From Macrostomum lignano (Eukaryota): 64,000 bases of DNA. This document shows positions 24,191 through 47,891 of this stretch, in pieces (the first letter of the stretch is position 1; every line of letters begins with the position of its first letter). The stretch covers positions 62,001 to 126,000 of the forward strand of contig NIVC01002655.1 of assembly GCA_002269645.1 (NCBI GenBank), in the 5' to 3' direction. Under the pieces are notes generated by a model, which ran no database searches, was not told the origin of the DNA, and worked only from the letters and a program-made list of their open reading frames with translations. Both the position numbers and the translations under genes were made by a program.

Positions 24191-26952
24191 CCGCCGCCTG
24201 TAGTTGCCGCCGCCGCCGCCGCTCGTCGGCCTCCGGCGCCGTCGGCCGTCCCGACGCCGCCGCCAGCGCCGCTGCGCCGACTTCTTGACGGTCTCGAGGC
24301 GGCGCACAAATCAGACGTACGCGAATTCACCGTCGGTCACCTCAACGAGTCGCGGCTGTACAAGCCGCCAGAGCCGCCGCGGCGGAATCGCCTGCTGGAA
24401 CGGGCGGACGGCGCCGGATCGCCGAATGGCGCTGTTGGTTCAACAGACACGAGCGTGCCGGTGCGACGGGTGCGACTTCTGGCGCCAAAGCAGCATCAGC
24501 AGCAGCAACCCAAGGCTCCTCAGCAGCCGGAGCTGCACCGGGAAGCTCTAATTGAAGAGATTCTGCCGCCGACGGCGCCGCCGCAGCGCTTCCTGGCGCC
24601 CGTCGAGACAGGAAGCGACGGCAGCCACGCGGCCAATTATCGTCGGGCCCAGCTGGTGCGGAAACGGCTGGTGCGGGAGCAGGACACCACCGAGCAGGAC
24701 CTCATGAGCGGCTACGGTGCTGTGCGGGACCTCGAGCTGAGGCTGCAGGAGGTGAATTGAATCTGTGGGATTGGCACTGGTTTCTGACCGGAATCCATGT
24801 GTCTATGACCGGAATCCATGTGTCTATGACCCGAGTCCATGTGTCTATGACTGGAATCTTTGTGTCTATGAGCGGAATCTTTGTGTCTATGACCGGAATC
24901 CATGTGTCTATGACCGGAATCCATGTGTCTATGACCGGAATCCATGTGTCTATGATTTGATTCCATGTGTCTATGACCGGAATCCATGTGTCTATGACCC
25001 GAGTCCATGTGACTATGATTTGATTCCATGTGTCTATGACCGGAATCCATGTGTCTATGACCGGAATCCTTGTGTCTATGATTGGAATCCGTGTGTCTAT
25101 GATCCGAGTCCATGTGTCTGTGCCCCGAGTCCATGTGTCTATGACCGAAATCCTTGTGTCTATGACCGGAATCCTTGTGTCTATGACCGGAATCCATGTG
25201 TCTATGACCCGAGTCCATGTCTCTATGACAGTCCATGTTTCTATGACCCGAGTCCATATGTCTATGACCCGAGTCCATGTGTCTATGACCCGAGTCCATG
25301 TGTCTATGAGCCGAGTCCATGTGTCTATGACCCGAGTCCATGTATCTATGACCCGAGTCCATGTGTCTATGACCCGAGTCCATGTGTCTATGACCCGAGT
25401 CCATGTGTCTATGACCCGAGTATTTTACTTTACTTATAATTAATATATTTATTTCTCTGCTCTCTCAATCCTCACCTTAAAGTGACTCTGACCTGGATGA
25501 ACTCAGAAATGTTCTGGAAGGTATGCAATTCACGCAGCACGAAGCACTTATTCACCGTTCTTAATGATTAATCCCAAAATCACAGTCCAATAATTACATG
25601 AAATTTTCGCGCAAAATTAAAGTTCATACCGGTAATTATTGTGCATAAAGCTCATTTTTCTCGCAGAATTTGCGGATTCACTTTGGCAACTCGACCGGGC
25701 CCAGTTTTCACCGGCTGCAGCTGTACTCAGCCGCTCTTGAAGAGATTATCAGGCAGTCTAATACGTTTGGCTCTGTGCTGCATCGAATTAAGGTTTGTCA
25801 CTGTCTACTTGTAGTAGCATTTTAGCATGTTAAGAATATTTACGTCGCGTACTCTAAGCGGGTCGATATGTATCGAGAAAACAAACGTTTAATCGGGTTC
25901 TTTACACTGAGACTATATAACTTCGTACAACGTTTTTGTTATAGCCGATATGTATCGAAAATTACTTAACACTCCGTCGTTTAGCGTATTTTACTGCCGA
26001 TATGTATCGAAAACTACTTAACAATCGCTATCATAAGATCTTTAACTGTCAATATGTATCGAAAATCACTTTACAGTCCGTCGTATAAGGTATTTTACTG
26101 CCGATATGTATCGAAAATTGCTTTACACTCGCTATCATAAGATCTTTAACTGCCGATATGTATCGAAAATTACTATACACTCCGTCGTCTTCTACTCTTT
26201 CCCAGTGCGCCTACGACGACTACCTGGCCTGGCTGCTGGACGGCACTTCGCCCGCTCAGCACCGGCACCTGCGGGCCCAGCTGGACCAGCTGTGCGATCC
26301 GGCCGCCGAGTCCGAGCTCGGCCGGCTGCAGGACCGGCTCGCCCAGCTTGAGTCGGACGCCGAGCTGGCCCTGGCCGGCCTGTCGGACAGTCGGCAACGC
26401 CTGGCCGAGGCCGAGGCCGCCGACCTGGTTGAGGCGGAGCGCGACCGGCTGGCCGAAGAGCAGCTCGAGCTGGCGGCCGAGGAGCAACGGCTCCGCAGCG
26501 GCGGCGGCGGCGGCTCCCAGGAGGAGACCTCGGCTGACCGATGCGAGCGGCTGCTCAGAGAGATCTGGGCCGGCCTGGACTCGCTGGCCGAGCTGAGGCA
26601 CGACTTGCGCGCCAACCAATCGCCGCTGGTCTGCGCCGCTCACCTGGAGCGCTGCTGCCGGCAGGCGCACGCCGAGATGCAGACAGTGGAGGAGGAGCTC
26701 GGCAGGCTGGCCCAGGCCAACCAGGCTGGCGTTGACCGACTGGCCGCCGCTATGGCCCCGGCAACTGTTGATGGCGACTCTGCTGCCCAGCTGGCTGCTT
26801 GCGAGGATGTCGACGACAGCGACCTCAGCCGGGCGATGCGCCTGCTGAGCTACGACTGCGCTGCGGCCGCGCTGGCCAGCGAGACTCTTGACCTGCCCGA
26901 CGACCTCATGAGTGAAGGCGACTCGAGAAAATGGGACTGGTACATCAGCTAG
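24191..26952 (+). CDS. C6orf118: C6orf118-like coiled-coil protein (TSNAXIP1-N-type domain), 3 visible exons, no ATG found
   Basis: Exons 24191-24751, 25667-25792, 26206-26952 (all phase 0, GT-AG). Translation has LLDGLEAAHKSDVREFTVGHLNESRLYKPPE, SFHRLQLYSAALEEIIRQSNTFGSVLHRIK and CAYDDYLAWLLD...AQHRHLRAQL, which match in order the blocks I recall from human C6orf118 (SGHLNPNKLYQPPE; FNRLHVF...[21 protein letters not shown]). Recognition is from memory, not a search. Confidence 0.8.
24787..25420. repeat. 21-bp minisatellite (ATGACCGGAATCCATGTGTCT / ATGACCCGAGTCCATGTGTCT), intron 1 of the C6orf118-like gene
   Basis: About 30 units. Confidence 0.93.
25864..26190. repeat. Diverged 52-bp repeat with conserved palindromic core CGATA-TG-TATCG
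   Basis: Unit starts at 25944, 25996, 26048, 26100, 26152, plus an outlying core at 25864; alternating A/B variants. Confidence 0.85.
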
Positions 26953-27034
26953 GCTGCTGCCCGCTTTCGCCTTGCTGTTAATGCTGACGTACTCTGGCTC
27001 CTGTGCTCCCTGCCCTGTCTATGTACATTGGCTC

Positions 27035-27330
27035 TTGTGCTCCCTGCCCTGTCTGTGTACACTGGCTCCTCAGCACCCTCCCTGTCTGTGTACACTGGCT
27101 CCTCAGCACCCTCCCTGTCTGTGTACACTGGCTCCTCAGCACCCTCCCTGTCTGTGTACACTGGCTCCTCAGCACCCTCCCTGTCTGTGTACACTGGCTC
27201 CTCAGCACCCTCCCTGTCTGTGTACACTGGCTCCTCAGCACCCTCCCTGTCTGTGTACACTGGCTCCTCAGCACCCTCCCTGTCTGTGTACACTGGCTCC
27301 TCAGCACCCTCCCTGTCCGTGTACACTGAT
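27035..27330. repeat. 33-bp minisatellite (CTGTCTGTGTACACTGGCTCCTCAGCACCCTCC), about 9 copies, just after the stop codon
   Basis: Read directly. Confidence 0.93.
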
Positions 27331-27964
27331 GCCCCATGCTATTGAATTTTGAGTAACTGAGCTATTTTGCAAAAAGAGTCGAGTGAATTCTGGCTACTGG
27401 CTTAAATATCTCTTTTTAACTGTTTTCTGCAGCAAGCAAGTTGCAGTTTGGGTTTTTGAACTCCGCTAATCGCCTCGCTTGTTCTGTGTTTGTTGGGCTT
27501 TGCTTTGGTTACGAGTCAAGCAATTGCTGTCTTCATCTTTTTATTGCCTATGCCTTGTCTAACCCTATTCAAGTAGACGGTAGGAGTTTTTAGCGAATGA
27601 TAATTCAAATAATTTGTTTCCAACGGATGTTTCCCGTCCATTGCTTCTGTGATAACTCTACCGTGTAAACTGGCCTCCTACAGCAAATTGGAAATACAAA
27701 TTTGAAGAGTTACCTGTTAAATTTCTAACAGAAATTGTTAACTAAATTGAAATTTTCACTGCAGTTAAACCGCTTGCTTTATTTGTCCGATTCGCCTGCA
27801 TTTAATTATTAGCAATTAAATTTAATTGCTTTGCTAATCGCCTTTGTTGGAGGCTGGAGTGGAAGGATTCGGTCTGTGCAGCGGCTGCTTGGTGGGGAGA
27901 AAAATCAGATTTAAAAAGGATAGGGTAAGAGTGAAGTGGAGAGTAGTGTGAGAAGTAAATCGGG

Positions 27965-28240
27965 AGAGAAAGAAGTAGATTGGGAGGGAGAGAAGTAGAT
28001 TGGGAGGGAGGGAAGTAGATTGGGAAGGAGAAAATTAGATTGGGGGGAGAGAAGTAGACTGGGAGGGAGAGAAGTAGACTGGGAGGGAGAGAAGTAGATT
28101 GGGAAGGAGAAAATTAGATTGGGGGGGAGAGAAGTAGATTGGGAGGGAGAGAAGTAGACTGGGAGGGAGAGAAGTAGACTGGGAGGGAGAGAAGTAGACT
28201 AAGAGGGAGAGAAGTAGAGTGGGAGGGAGAGAAGTAGAAT
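27965..28240. repeat. 20-bp purine-rich minisatellite (GGGAGGGAGAGAAGTAGATT)
   Basis: Read directly. Confidence 0.9.
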
Positions 28241-29175
28241 GGAAAGGAGAAAATGTGGAATGAACGATAGAATACGAGAAAAATAGAAAAGCATTCTGAG
28301 CAAAAGTCCTTTGGTTGCACAGTGCGGTGCACAATGTGAAAAGTGGCTATTTTTCAATGCCCATCCCATCGAGAATTCTCATTCGGGAAATGTTGGCATC
28401 TCCCTCATCTCCAATCCCTGAGCCGCTTGAACAAAGCACTTTGTGCCATTTAATCCTGGCCTCCCCGTTTGATTAATTAGCATTTTATTGAAAGAGACTT
28501 GGTCTCGGACCCAGCTACCTCTGTAGCTTTGTTCTGTCTTCTGCCTGTCTCTATCTTCCCAATTTGTGTCTCAGTTGTGTTCCCATTGTTGGCCCTAGCA
28601 ACCAACTAAACCGTTAGGGGGCAGAGAGCGAGCGCATGGGATCGGTTGGGAGCTTTTCGCTTGACTTCTTGCGCAGGCTTTTGGGCGAGGCCAGCTTAGC
28701 AGCCACATCCCCGCAGCATCCCCACAGGACTATTGTTTTACCTTGATAGATGACTGTCGGTTCCGCTCTGCGCTCCCAGCTCGGGCCCCGACCCCTCCTC
28801 ACCCCCTTGGTTACTGCCAATGGGCAGTTCTGACTTTTCAGATATTTTTCCTTGTCGGGAATTTGCCTACTGGACGTGCTCGAGTGGGCTCGGTTTGTAG
28901 CTACTGGTTGCTAGGGCTGTGGGCTTTTGTTGACGTGGAGACCGGTTCCCCACCCCCCCTGGCTCAATCAAAGGGAGACTGAGGCCCTTCCCTCCCCTGT
29001 CCGTGTCTCCTGTCTTCTCTACTTAAGAGCTGTCGGCGGGGCAAGTCTCGTTTTTCGCTTTCCCATTTAGACTGTCAATTTGATTTGAGCAGTATCTGTG
29101 AGCTCACTTCTCCCGGGACCTGCAGGCATCTTTGACGCATCGAAGGCTGACTAGTCATTGATTTGAGAGTGAACC

Positions 29176-34931
<5,756 letters not shown>

Positions 34932-35394
34932 ACTGTGGCAGCGAGGACAGATATACTACTCATCAACAATCACTTTGGTAAAAGAAGGCGTGTTATGGAA
35001 TCTACTTATTTTTCTTGAAATTTTCTATAACTACTAAAGGATTAAAAATCAACCTAATTAACTAAAATTTGAATCGAACTTAACTATTTTCCTGTCATAT
35101 ACCTACTCCCTGTGATAAATGCGAGTTTTTTTCCTAAAACACACTCTTTTCAAGTTACTTGAATCATTATTTTGGAACATCGATTTTGAACTGCAAACAG
35201 CTGATAAATTCTATTTTCTGGATGCGTCATTCCTATGAAATCAAATATACCTTGTTTATCAAATTGTTGTGGAAAAATCTGTACAATAAAATCAAACATT
35301 TAACGAATCTCCCCTTCTTATCCTTCTGATCCGCACTCATGCTTGCGTTTGATGTGACGGGGTTTTAATTATGTAAACTGGTTCTAGAGTTTTT

Positions 35395-36125
35395 ACTGCC
35401 GGAAATTTGACTGCCGGACATTTGACTGCCGGACATTTGTCTGCCGGACATTTGATTGCCGGACATTTGTCTGCCGGACATTTGACTGCCGGACATTTGT
35501 CTGCCGGACATTTGACTGCCGGACATTTGACTGCCGGACATTTGATTGCCGGACATTTGACTGCCAGCGACTTTGTCTGCCGGACATTTGACTGCCGGAC
35601 ATTTGTCTGCCGGACATTTGACTGCCGGACATTTGATTGCCGGATATTTGATTGCCGGACATTTGACTGCCAGCGACTTTGTCTGCCGGACATTTGACTG
35701 CCGGACATTTGTCTGCCGGACATTTGACTGCCGGACATTTGTCTGCCGGACATTTGACTGCCGGACATTTGACTGTCGGACATTTGACTGCCGGACATTT
35801 GACTGCCGGACGTTTGTCTGCCGGACATTTGACTGCCAGCGACTTTGTCTGCCGGACATTTGACTGCCGGACATTTGTCTGCCGGACATTTGACTGCCGG
35901 ACATTTGATTGCCGGACATTTGATTGCCGGACATTTGACTGCCAGCGACTTTGTCTGCCGGACATTTGACTGCCGGACATTTGACTGCCGGACATTTGAC
36001 TGCCGGACATTTGACTGCCGGACATTTGACTGCCGGACATTTGACTGCCGGACATTTGACTGCCGGACATTTGACTGCCAGCGACTTTGTCTGCCTCCTA
36101 CACTCAAAAGTCGCTGACAGTCAAA
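35395..36125. repeat. 15-bp minisatellite (TGCCGGACATTTGAC) punctuated by a 16-bp variant, ending in an inverted copy that forms a hairpin
   Basis: Inverted pair 36070-36088 / 36107-36125 (19 bp, one mismatch). Confidence 0.9.
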
Positions 36126-36247
36126 GGTTCTGTGCGAACAGGTGGGGGAGTTTTTTAAAATAGACACACGTGTGAGAGCTATCGCTAAAAATTTTCTCTT
36201 AAAGCTTTTTTGAGTCCTGGAATTTTCTGCTTGTTAGCGACTGAATT

Positions 36248-36921
36248 TATTTATTGATTCCCATCTACCACTGCGAGCAGCTGACAAGACACAGCCGACC
36301 ATGTGCTCAACATGGCACCATCGGGTTAATCAATTCGGTGGCTTGCAATGCGAATGACAGCGAGGCAAGCGCTAACAGCAGCGGTTTGTTTGAACTGGCT
36401 TGGGTGCCGGATGGTAGGCCGGAACCGCCGAGAAAGTAGCTGTATGAGCCGTGAGTCAGCGAGCTTCGACAGTCCAGCATCTGTGCTGCATCTCTGACGG
36501 GCAAAACTCCAGCTGACTGACTCATTCGTGACCACCTTGTACGAGGTGCCGTGTCTCGTGTGCTCGTATCCGGTCGGACACAGGCGACCCGGAGGTACGC
36601 CGGGCAGAGACCTCACATACACAGTCACCTGATGAGTGCAGCTCGGCACAGACTGCACACGATGACTGCACGCATCGAACAGGAACAGCTTGCACTGACA
36701 GGCTCCAGCTGTCAGCACTGAGAAGGCCTGACACTTGTCCTTCCTAGCGCAGTCGAGGCTGCATTCGAGCGGAGTGCACAGACCGGACACGATGCTGGTG
36801 AAGTCGGAGCTCACGCAGTCCAGTCCGGTGGTTCGGTGGAATTTCAGCCTGGCAGAGCTGCAGGACTCGGACAGCACCGCGGGGACCAGAACAGCCACAC
36901 GCAGAGTTGCAGAATTTGCAT
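36248..36921 (-). pseudogene. Disrupted or chimeric paralog of the PAN-like + C-type lectin gene at 59243-60007
   Basis: About 36455-36882 is highly similar to 59540-59967. The ATG at 36921 is out of frame with the main ORF; similarity ends abruptly after KLAD and YFLGG follows in another frame; AATAAA on the minus strand near 36250. Confidence 0.75.
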
Positions 36922-37039
36922 CTGGAGCAGAATAAAATCCTTTGCTAAAGCAGCTTCTATGGACTTTAGAAATCCACTTAACCTATGAAACCGTCGCATA
37001 TGATGCGGCGTAGTTGAACTCTTCACAAGTTTAGTTTTT

Positions 37040-37142
37040 TAGTTAGAGACATGAGGGGCCGGGGTGTGTACCCTGGCGCCAGGGTTCAAGCGACATTGTC
37101 ACACAACCGGCGAGAAGCATTAATGCTCATTCCGCCGACTCT
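37040..37142 (-). mobile_element. 5'-truncated copy sharing the 3' part of the SINE at 14516-14875
   Basis: CCCTGGCGC...AAGCGACAT..CACACAACCGGCGAGA.GCATTA.TGC.CATTCCGCCGACTC is shared with 14545-14615 in the same orientation; T-rich tail side at ~37033-37045. Confidence 0.7.
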
Positions 37143-37728
37143 AATCCCACGGTAGTACAACAGGACGTAAAACTCAAAGATCGTGTAATTTTTTAGGGCT
37201 CATTTCCTGAAAAAATTCACTGCAGAGATCTGAGGAAGTGAAGATTTCACTAAATTTCAAACACTCACAAGTGACATCAACTTCACTTTTTGTTCCTTTC
37301 CTGCATGCAGTGTATTATTTCCAGGAATTGGACCTCCAAAAGTTACACGATCATTCAGTTTTACGTCCTGTAACAAGAAAATTGATCGATTTTTTAGTAG
37401 CAACAGGAGCAAATTCGACCAGAAAGTTTCTGTTAGTAACGACTTTAATTAATTATTCAGACATTTTACCGTTGATTCAGTTTGAAAAGACTGAGGGAAG
37501 TAGAGTTTAGTTGCTAAGGCCTGATCAATCCTGATGACTTGAATTCCCCAGATACCTCTGTTAACAATCGATAGCAAGTGTTCAGTCAGTAGTTAACAGA
37601 ATTAATTATGCAAACGAGTCGCTTCATCAGGCGCTCCAAAAGCAGCTGGACTTTATCAGTTGCCTAATTAAGGGAAGAAAGCATATGGCCCTGGGCAATG
37701 GCTTAATTTGGCGTATGTAGTACACTGC

Positions 37729-37985
<257 letters not shown>

Positions 37986-38348
37986 CTATCTACAGGCAAT
38001 TCAGGGCCTGAGTTCCCAAATTTCCTGGCAGGTGTCCTGCGGCGCCCCAGATATGCATTATTCATTATTCAGGCCCAGCTTTGCATTGTGGAAGCAGAAG
38101 AGAAACTCGCGGGAAACCCTGCAGCTAAGATGCCGCAGCCTCACGTGTCTCAGGGGATCTGAGTTTGCAGGCCTGACAAACAATACTTTGAACAGCAAAT
38201 GGAGATGGGAGGTGAAGCCAGCTCAACTTTCTAAGAGAGGCGGGTTGGGTTGAATAGTTGAGTGTTGCCCATGCTTAGCGACTTTGTGGACTTCACACCT
38301 GCTCTGCTCTCCTTTCTTCTTTGTGCTATTTAGTCTGCCTGAGTGCCT

Positions 38349-39003
<655 letters not shown>

Positions 39004-39747
39004 TGTCCCCACTAGTTGCAAATTAAAGTCTGCAAGTCAGCAGTGAAGCCTCACTGAGGCCAGAAATCGCCAAGTTAGTCCAGTACTTATATAGAGACCC
39101 AGCAGCATCCTTCTCCATCATGCGCTCCCCCAAGTGACCGTCCAAAATCCTGACGAGCCCCTGCAGGGACTTGCAAAACTTGCCAGGGGAGGCTGCGGCA
39201 AGCCGTGAGGTAGGCGCAATTTGATAAGCCAGTCTCCTTCATCAAGGCGCTCACGCAGTCTCCAGTCCGTTCTTCATTACAACCTGTTCAAGACACGCGC
39301 TCTCTCCCGCTTCCTTCTGTCGCTTCCCTACCCTCAGTCTTTTTCTTCTAGCAGCCTCTTTTTGTTTATCCTTTTGCAAGCAGGCAAAACTGTTGACTGA
39401 AGGCGGTCCCAGGCTCCCTGGGAAGGGCAGGGCTTGGGGGGGGATTTAAACACGGATTATCCCAAGACAGGAGAATGGGATAAACTGTTATTCCCAGAAA
39501 CAGTGGCTGTGTTTTTTTCTACTGCATGAAATTTTTGCTTCGGTCATGATCTGCAGAGGCCTCTCGGCCCTGCTGGAACAGCTGCGAATGATCAAGTACA
39601 GCCCGAATGCACTGCATGCCTACAGTTTGCGCTGGGGCGCGCATGCGTTTGCAACTGCACGCGGAAAAGCACGTGTTCACTCCGGCTGAAATATTCATGT
39701 CTAAATTGGGGCTCGAATGCTGCTGTGCGGGCGTAGGTATTGACTGT

Positions 39748-41513
39748 TAGATAGAGACACAGCCTGTTAGATAGAGACACAGCCTGTTAGACACAGACAC
39801 AGCCTGTTAGACACAGACACAGCCTGTTAGATAGAGACACAGCCTGTTAGACAGAGATACAGCCTGTTAGATAGAGACACAGCCTGTTAGACACAGACAC
39901 AGCCTGTTAGATAGAGACACAGCCTGTTAGATAGAGACACAGCCTGTTAGATAGAGACACAGCCTGTTAGACACAGACACAGCCTGTTAGACACAGACAC
40001 AGCCTGTTAGACAGAGACACAGCCTGTTAGACAGAGACACAGCCTGTTAGACAGAGACACAGCCTGACAGAGACACAGCCTGTTAGACAGAGACACAGCC
40101 TATTAGACAGAGACCTGTTAGACAGAGACACAGCCTGTTAGACAGAGACACAGCCTGTTAGACAGAGATACAGTCTGTTTAGACAGAGACACAGCCTGTT
40201 AGATAGAGACACAGACTGTTAGATAGAGACACAGCCTGTTAGATAGAGACACAGCCTGTTAGATAGAGACACAGCCTGTTAGATAGAGACACAGCCTGTT
40301 AGATAGAGACACAGCCTGTTAGACACAGACACAGCCTGTTAGACACAGACACAGCCTGTTAGACACAGACACAGCCTGTTAGACACAGACACAGCCTGTT
40401 AGACAGAGACACAGCCTGTTAGACAGAGACACAGCCTGTTAGACAGAGACACAGCCTGACAGAGACACAGCCTGTTAGACAGAGACACAGCCTGTTAGAC
40501 AGAGACACAGCCTGTTAGATAGAGACACAGCCTGTTAGACACAGACACAGCCTGACAGAGACACAGCCTGTTAGACAGAGACACAGCCTGTTAGACAGAG
40601 ACACAGCCTGTTAGATAGAGACACAGCCTGTTAGATAGAGATACAGCCTGTTAGATAGACACACAGCCTGTTAGATAGAGACACAGCCTGTTAGACACAG
40701 ACACAGCCTGTTAGACAGAGACACAGCCTGTTAGATAGAGACACAGCCTGTTAGATAGAGACACAGCCTGTTAGATAGAGACACAGCCTGTTAGATAGAG
40801 ACACAGCCTGTTAGATAGAGACACAGCCTGTTAGATAGAGACACAGCCTGTTAGATAGAGACACAGCCTGTTAGATAGAGACACAGCCTGTTAGATAGAG
40901 ACACAGCCTGTTAGATAGAGACACAGCCTGTTAGATAGAGACACAGCCTGTTAGATAGAGACACAGCCTGTTAGATAGAGACACAGCCTGTTAGATAGAG
41001 ACACAGCCTGTTAGACACAGACACAGCCTGTTAGACAGAGACACAGCCTATTAGACAGAGACACAGTCTGTTAGACACAGACACAGCCTGTTAGACAGAG
41101 ACACAGCCTGTTAGACAGAGACACAGTCTGTTAGACAGAGACACAGCCTGTTAGACACAGACACAGCCTATTAGACAGAGACACAGCCTGTTAGACACAG
41201 ACACAGCCTGTTAGATAAAGACATAGCCTGTTAGACACAGACACAGCCTGTTAGACACAGACACAGCCTGTTAGATAGAGACACAGCCTGTTAGATAAAG
41301 ACACAGCCTGTTAGACAGAGACACAGCCTGTTAGACAGAGACACAGCCTGTTAGAAAGAGACACAGCCTATTAGACAGAGACACAGCCTGTTAGACACAG
41401 ACACAGCCTGTTAGACAGAGACACAGCCTGTTAGAAAGAGACACAGCCTATTAGACAGAGACACAGCCTGTTAGACACAGACACAGCCTGTTAGACAGAG
41501 ACACAGCCTGTCA
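39748..41513. repeat. 20-bp minisatellite (GACACAGCCTGTTAGATAGA)
   Basis: About 88 units. Confidence 0.97.
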
Positions 41514-42319
41514 GAAATCGATTCGCTCAGAGATGGGATATCAAGTGAGTGGCGATCGATGAATAAGAAAGAAAAGCAGCACAAAAACTCGCCCTTCCCT
41601 CCTATAGGGTTCAGTCTACTTTGTAAGCCTCCTTATCTCCGTGACGGGCTCTGTTTTCCTCAAGTTGACAGTAGGAGATGCCCCATCAGTCCCGGGGCAT
41701 CAAGGCTATACCAATGCTAGGAATTCATTCTGTCCTCTGAAGGCTTCCTACTGAGCTTCCCTGGCCGCCTAAGGGATTAGAGGAGCTGGGCAATTCTCCC
41801 ATGTCACGTGTCCCGCAGGACAAGATGACTCAGAAAGGCTTCCCGAGATCCCAACTTTTTCTACATCTCCCTGGCCAGGGGCAGCCAATCCGGCCTCCTT
41901 CAGAGGGGAGTTGTGGCAGCCCCCCCCATGCAGCTTCATCTGCAGCTGCCACCAGCAAACTCTCGCTGTTGCCACAGCCCTCTTTTTCAAAACCTCTCTT
42001 CAACACTTTGAAGGCTGAACAGTGAAGCTTTGAAAAGTTTCTTTCAGGTCGAATGTTGCAGAAGTTGCTTCCGCTGTGCCTGCAGTTGGCCTGCCTGGGT
42101 GAGTGGCAGTGGTTAGCCTGCCTCGTTTGAGCTATAAATGGGTAAAATAACACGGACTTCTACATTGCAGGTGGCCTGCCAACCGCCGTGTCCATCCAAA
42201 ATTCCATTGACTTCTACCGAAACTGTGAGTGGCCCACCATTCTGCCAACGTTAATGTCTGAAGCCGTCCATTGTTTCCCAACTATGCAGCAAGTTCTCAC
42301 TCGCTCATTAGTTTTCCAT

Positions 42320-43485
42320 TCACATAGAATACTTCTCATTCACACAGAATACTTCTCATTCACAAAGAATACCTCTCATTCACACAGAATACTTCTCATT
42401 CACACAGAACACTTCTCATTCACACAGAATACTTCTCATTCACAAAGAATACTTCTCATTCACACAGAATACTTCTCATTCACACAGAATACTTCTCATT
42501 CACACAGAATACTTCTCATTCACACAGAATATTTCAAATTCACATAGAATACTTCTCATTCACACAGAATACTTCTCATTCACACAGAATACTTTTCATT
42601 CACACAGAATACTTTTCATTCACACAGAATACTTCTCATTCACACAGAATACTTCTCATTCACACAGAATACTTCTCATTCACACAGAATACTTCTCATT
42701 CACACAGAATACTTCTAATTCACACAGAGCACTTCTCATTCACACAGAGCACTTCTCATTCACACAGAATACTTCTCATTCACACAGAATACTTTTCATT
42801 CACACAGAATATTTCTCATTTACATAGAACACTTCTCATTCACACAGAATACTTCTCATTCACACAGAATACTTCTCATTCACACAGAATAGTTCTCATT
42901 CACACAGAATAGTTCTCAATCACACAGAATACTTCTCATTCACACAGAATAGTTCTCATCCACACAGAATACTTCTCATTTACACAGAATACTTCTCATT
43001 CACATAGAACACTTCTCATTCACACAGAATAGTTACCATTCACACAGAATAGTTCTCATTCACATAGAATACTTCTCATTCACACAGAATATTTCTCATT
43101 CACATAGAACACTTCTCATTCACACAGAATAATTCTCATTCACATAGAATACTTCTCATTTACACAGAATAGTTCCCATTCACACAGAATAGTTCTCATT
43201 CACATAGAATACTTCTCATTCACAAAGAATACTTCTCATTCACATAGAATACTTCTCATTCACACAGAATAGTTCCCATTCACACAGAATAGTTCTCATT
43301 CACATAGAACACTTCTCATTCACACAGAATACTTCTCATTCACACAGAATAGTTCTCATTCACACAGAATACTTCCCATTCACACAGAATGCTTCTCATT
43401 CACACAGAATACTTCTCATTCACACAGAATATTTCTCATTCACATAGAACACTTCTCATTCACACAGAATACTTCTCATTCACAG
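42320..43485. repeat. 20-bp minisatellite (CACACAGAATACTTCTCATT) ending just before the WAP exon
   Basis: About 58 units. Confidence 0.97.
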
Positions 43486-43526
43486 TTACGCTCATAATAC
43501 TCACAACCCGCTGCCTGTTCACACAG

Positions 43527-47891
<4,365 letters not shown>

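Noticed and set aside
23267-26190. CRISPR-like look of the 25-bp and 52-bp palindromic arrays
   Set aside because: No unique spacers, no cas genes, eukaryotic intron/UTR context.
41590-42300. Moderately GC-rich stretch with short ORFs (also 39020-39500), possibly a decayed retroelement or the missing LEV-9-like signal exon
   Set aside because: No recognisable motif, and no hydrophobic phase-1 exon with a good donor that I could support.
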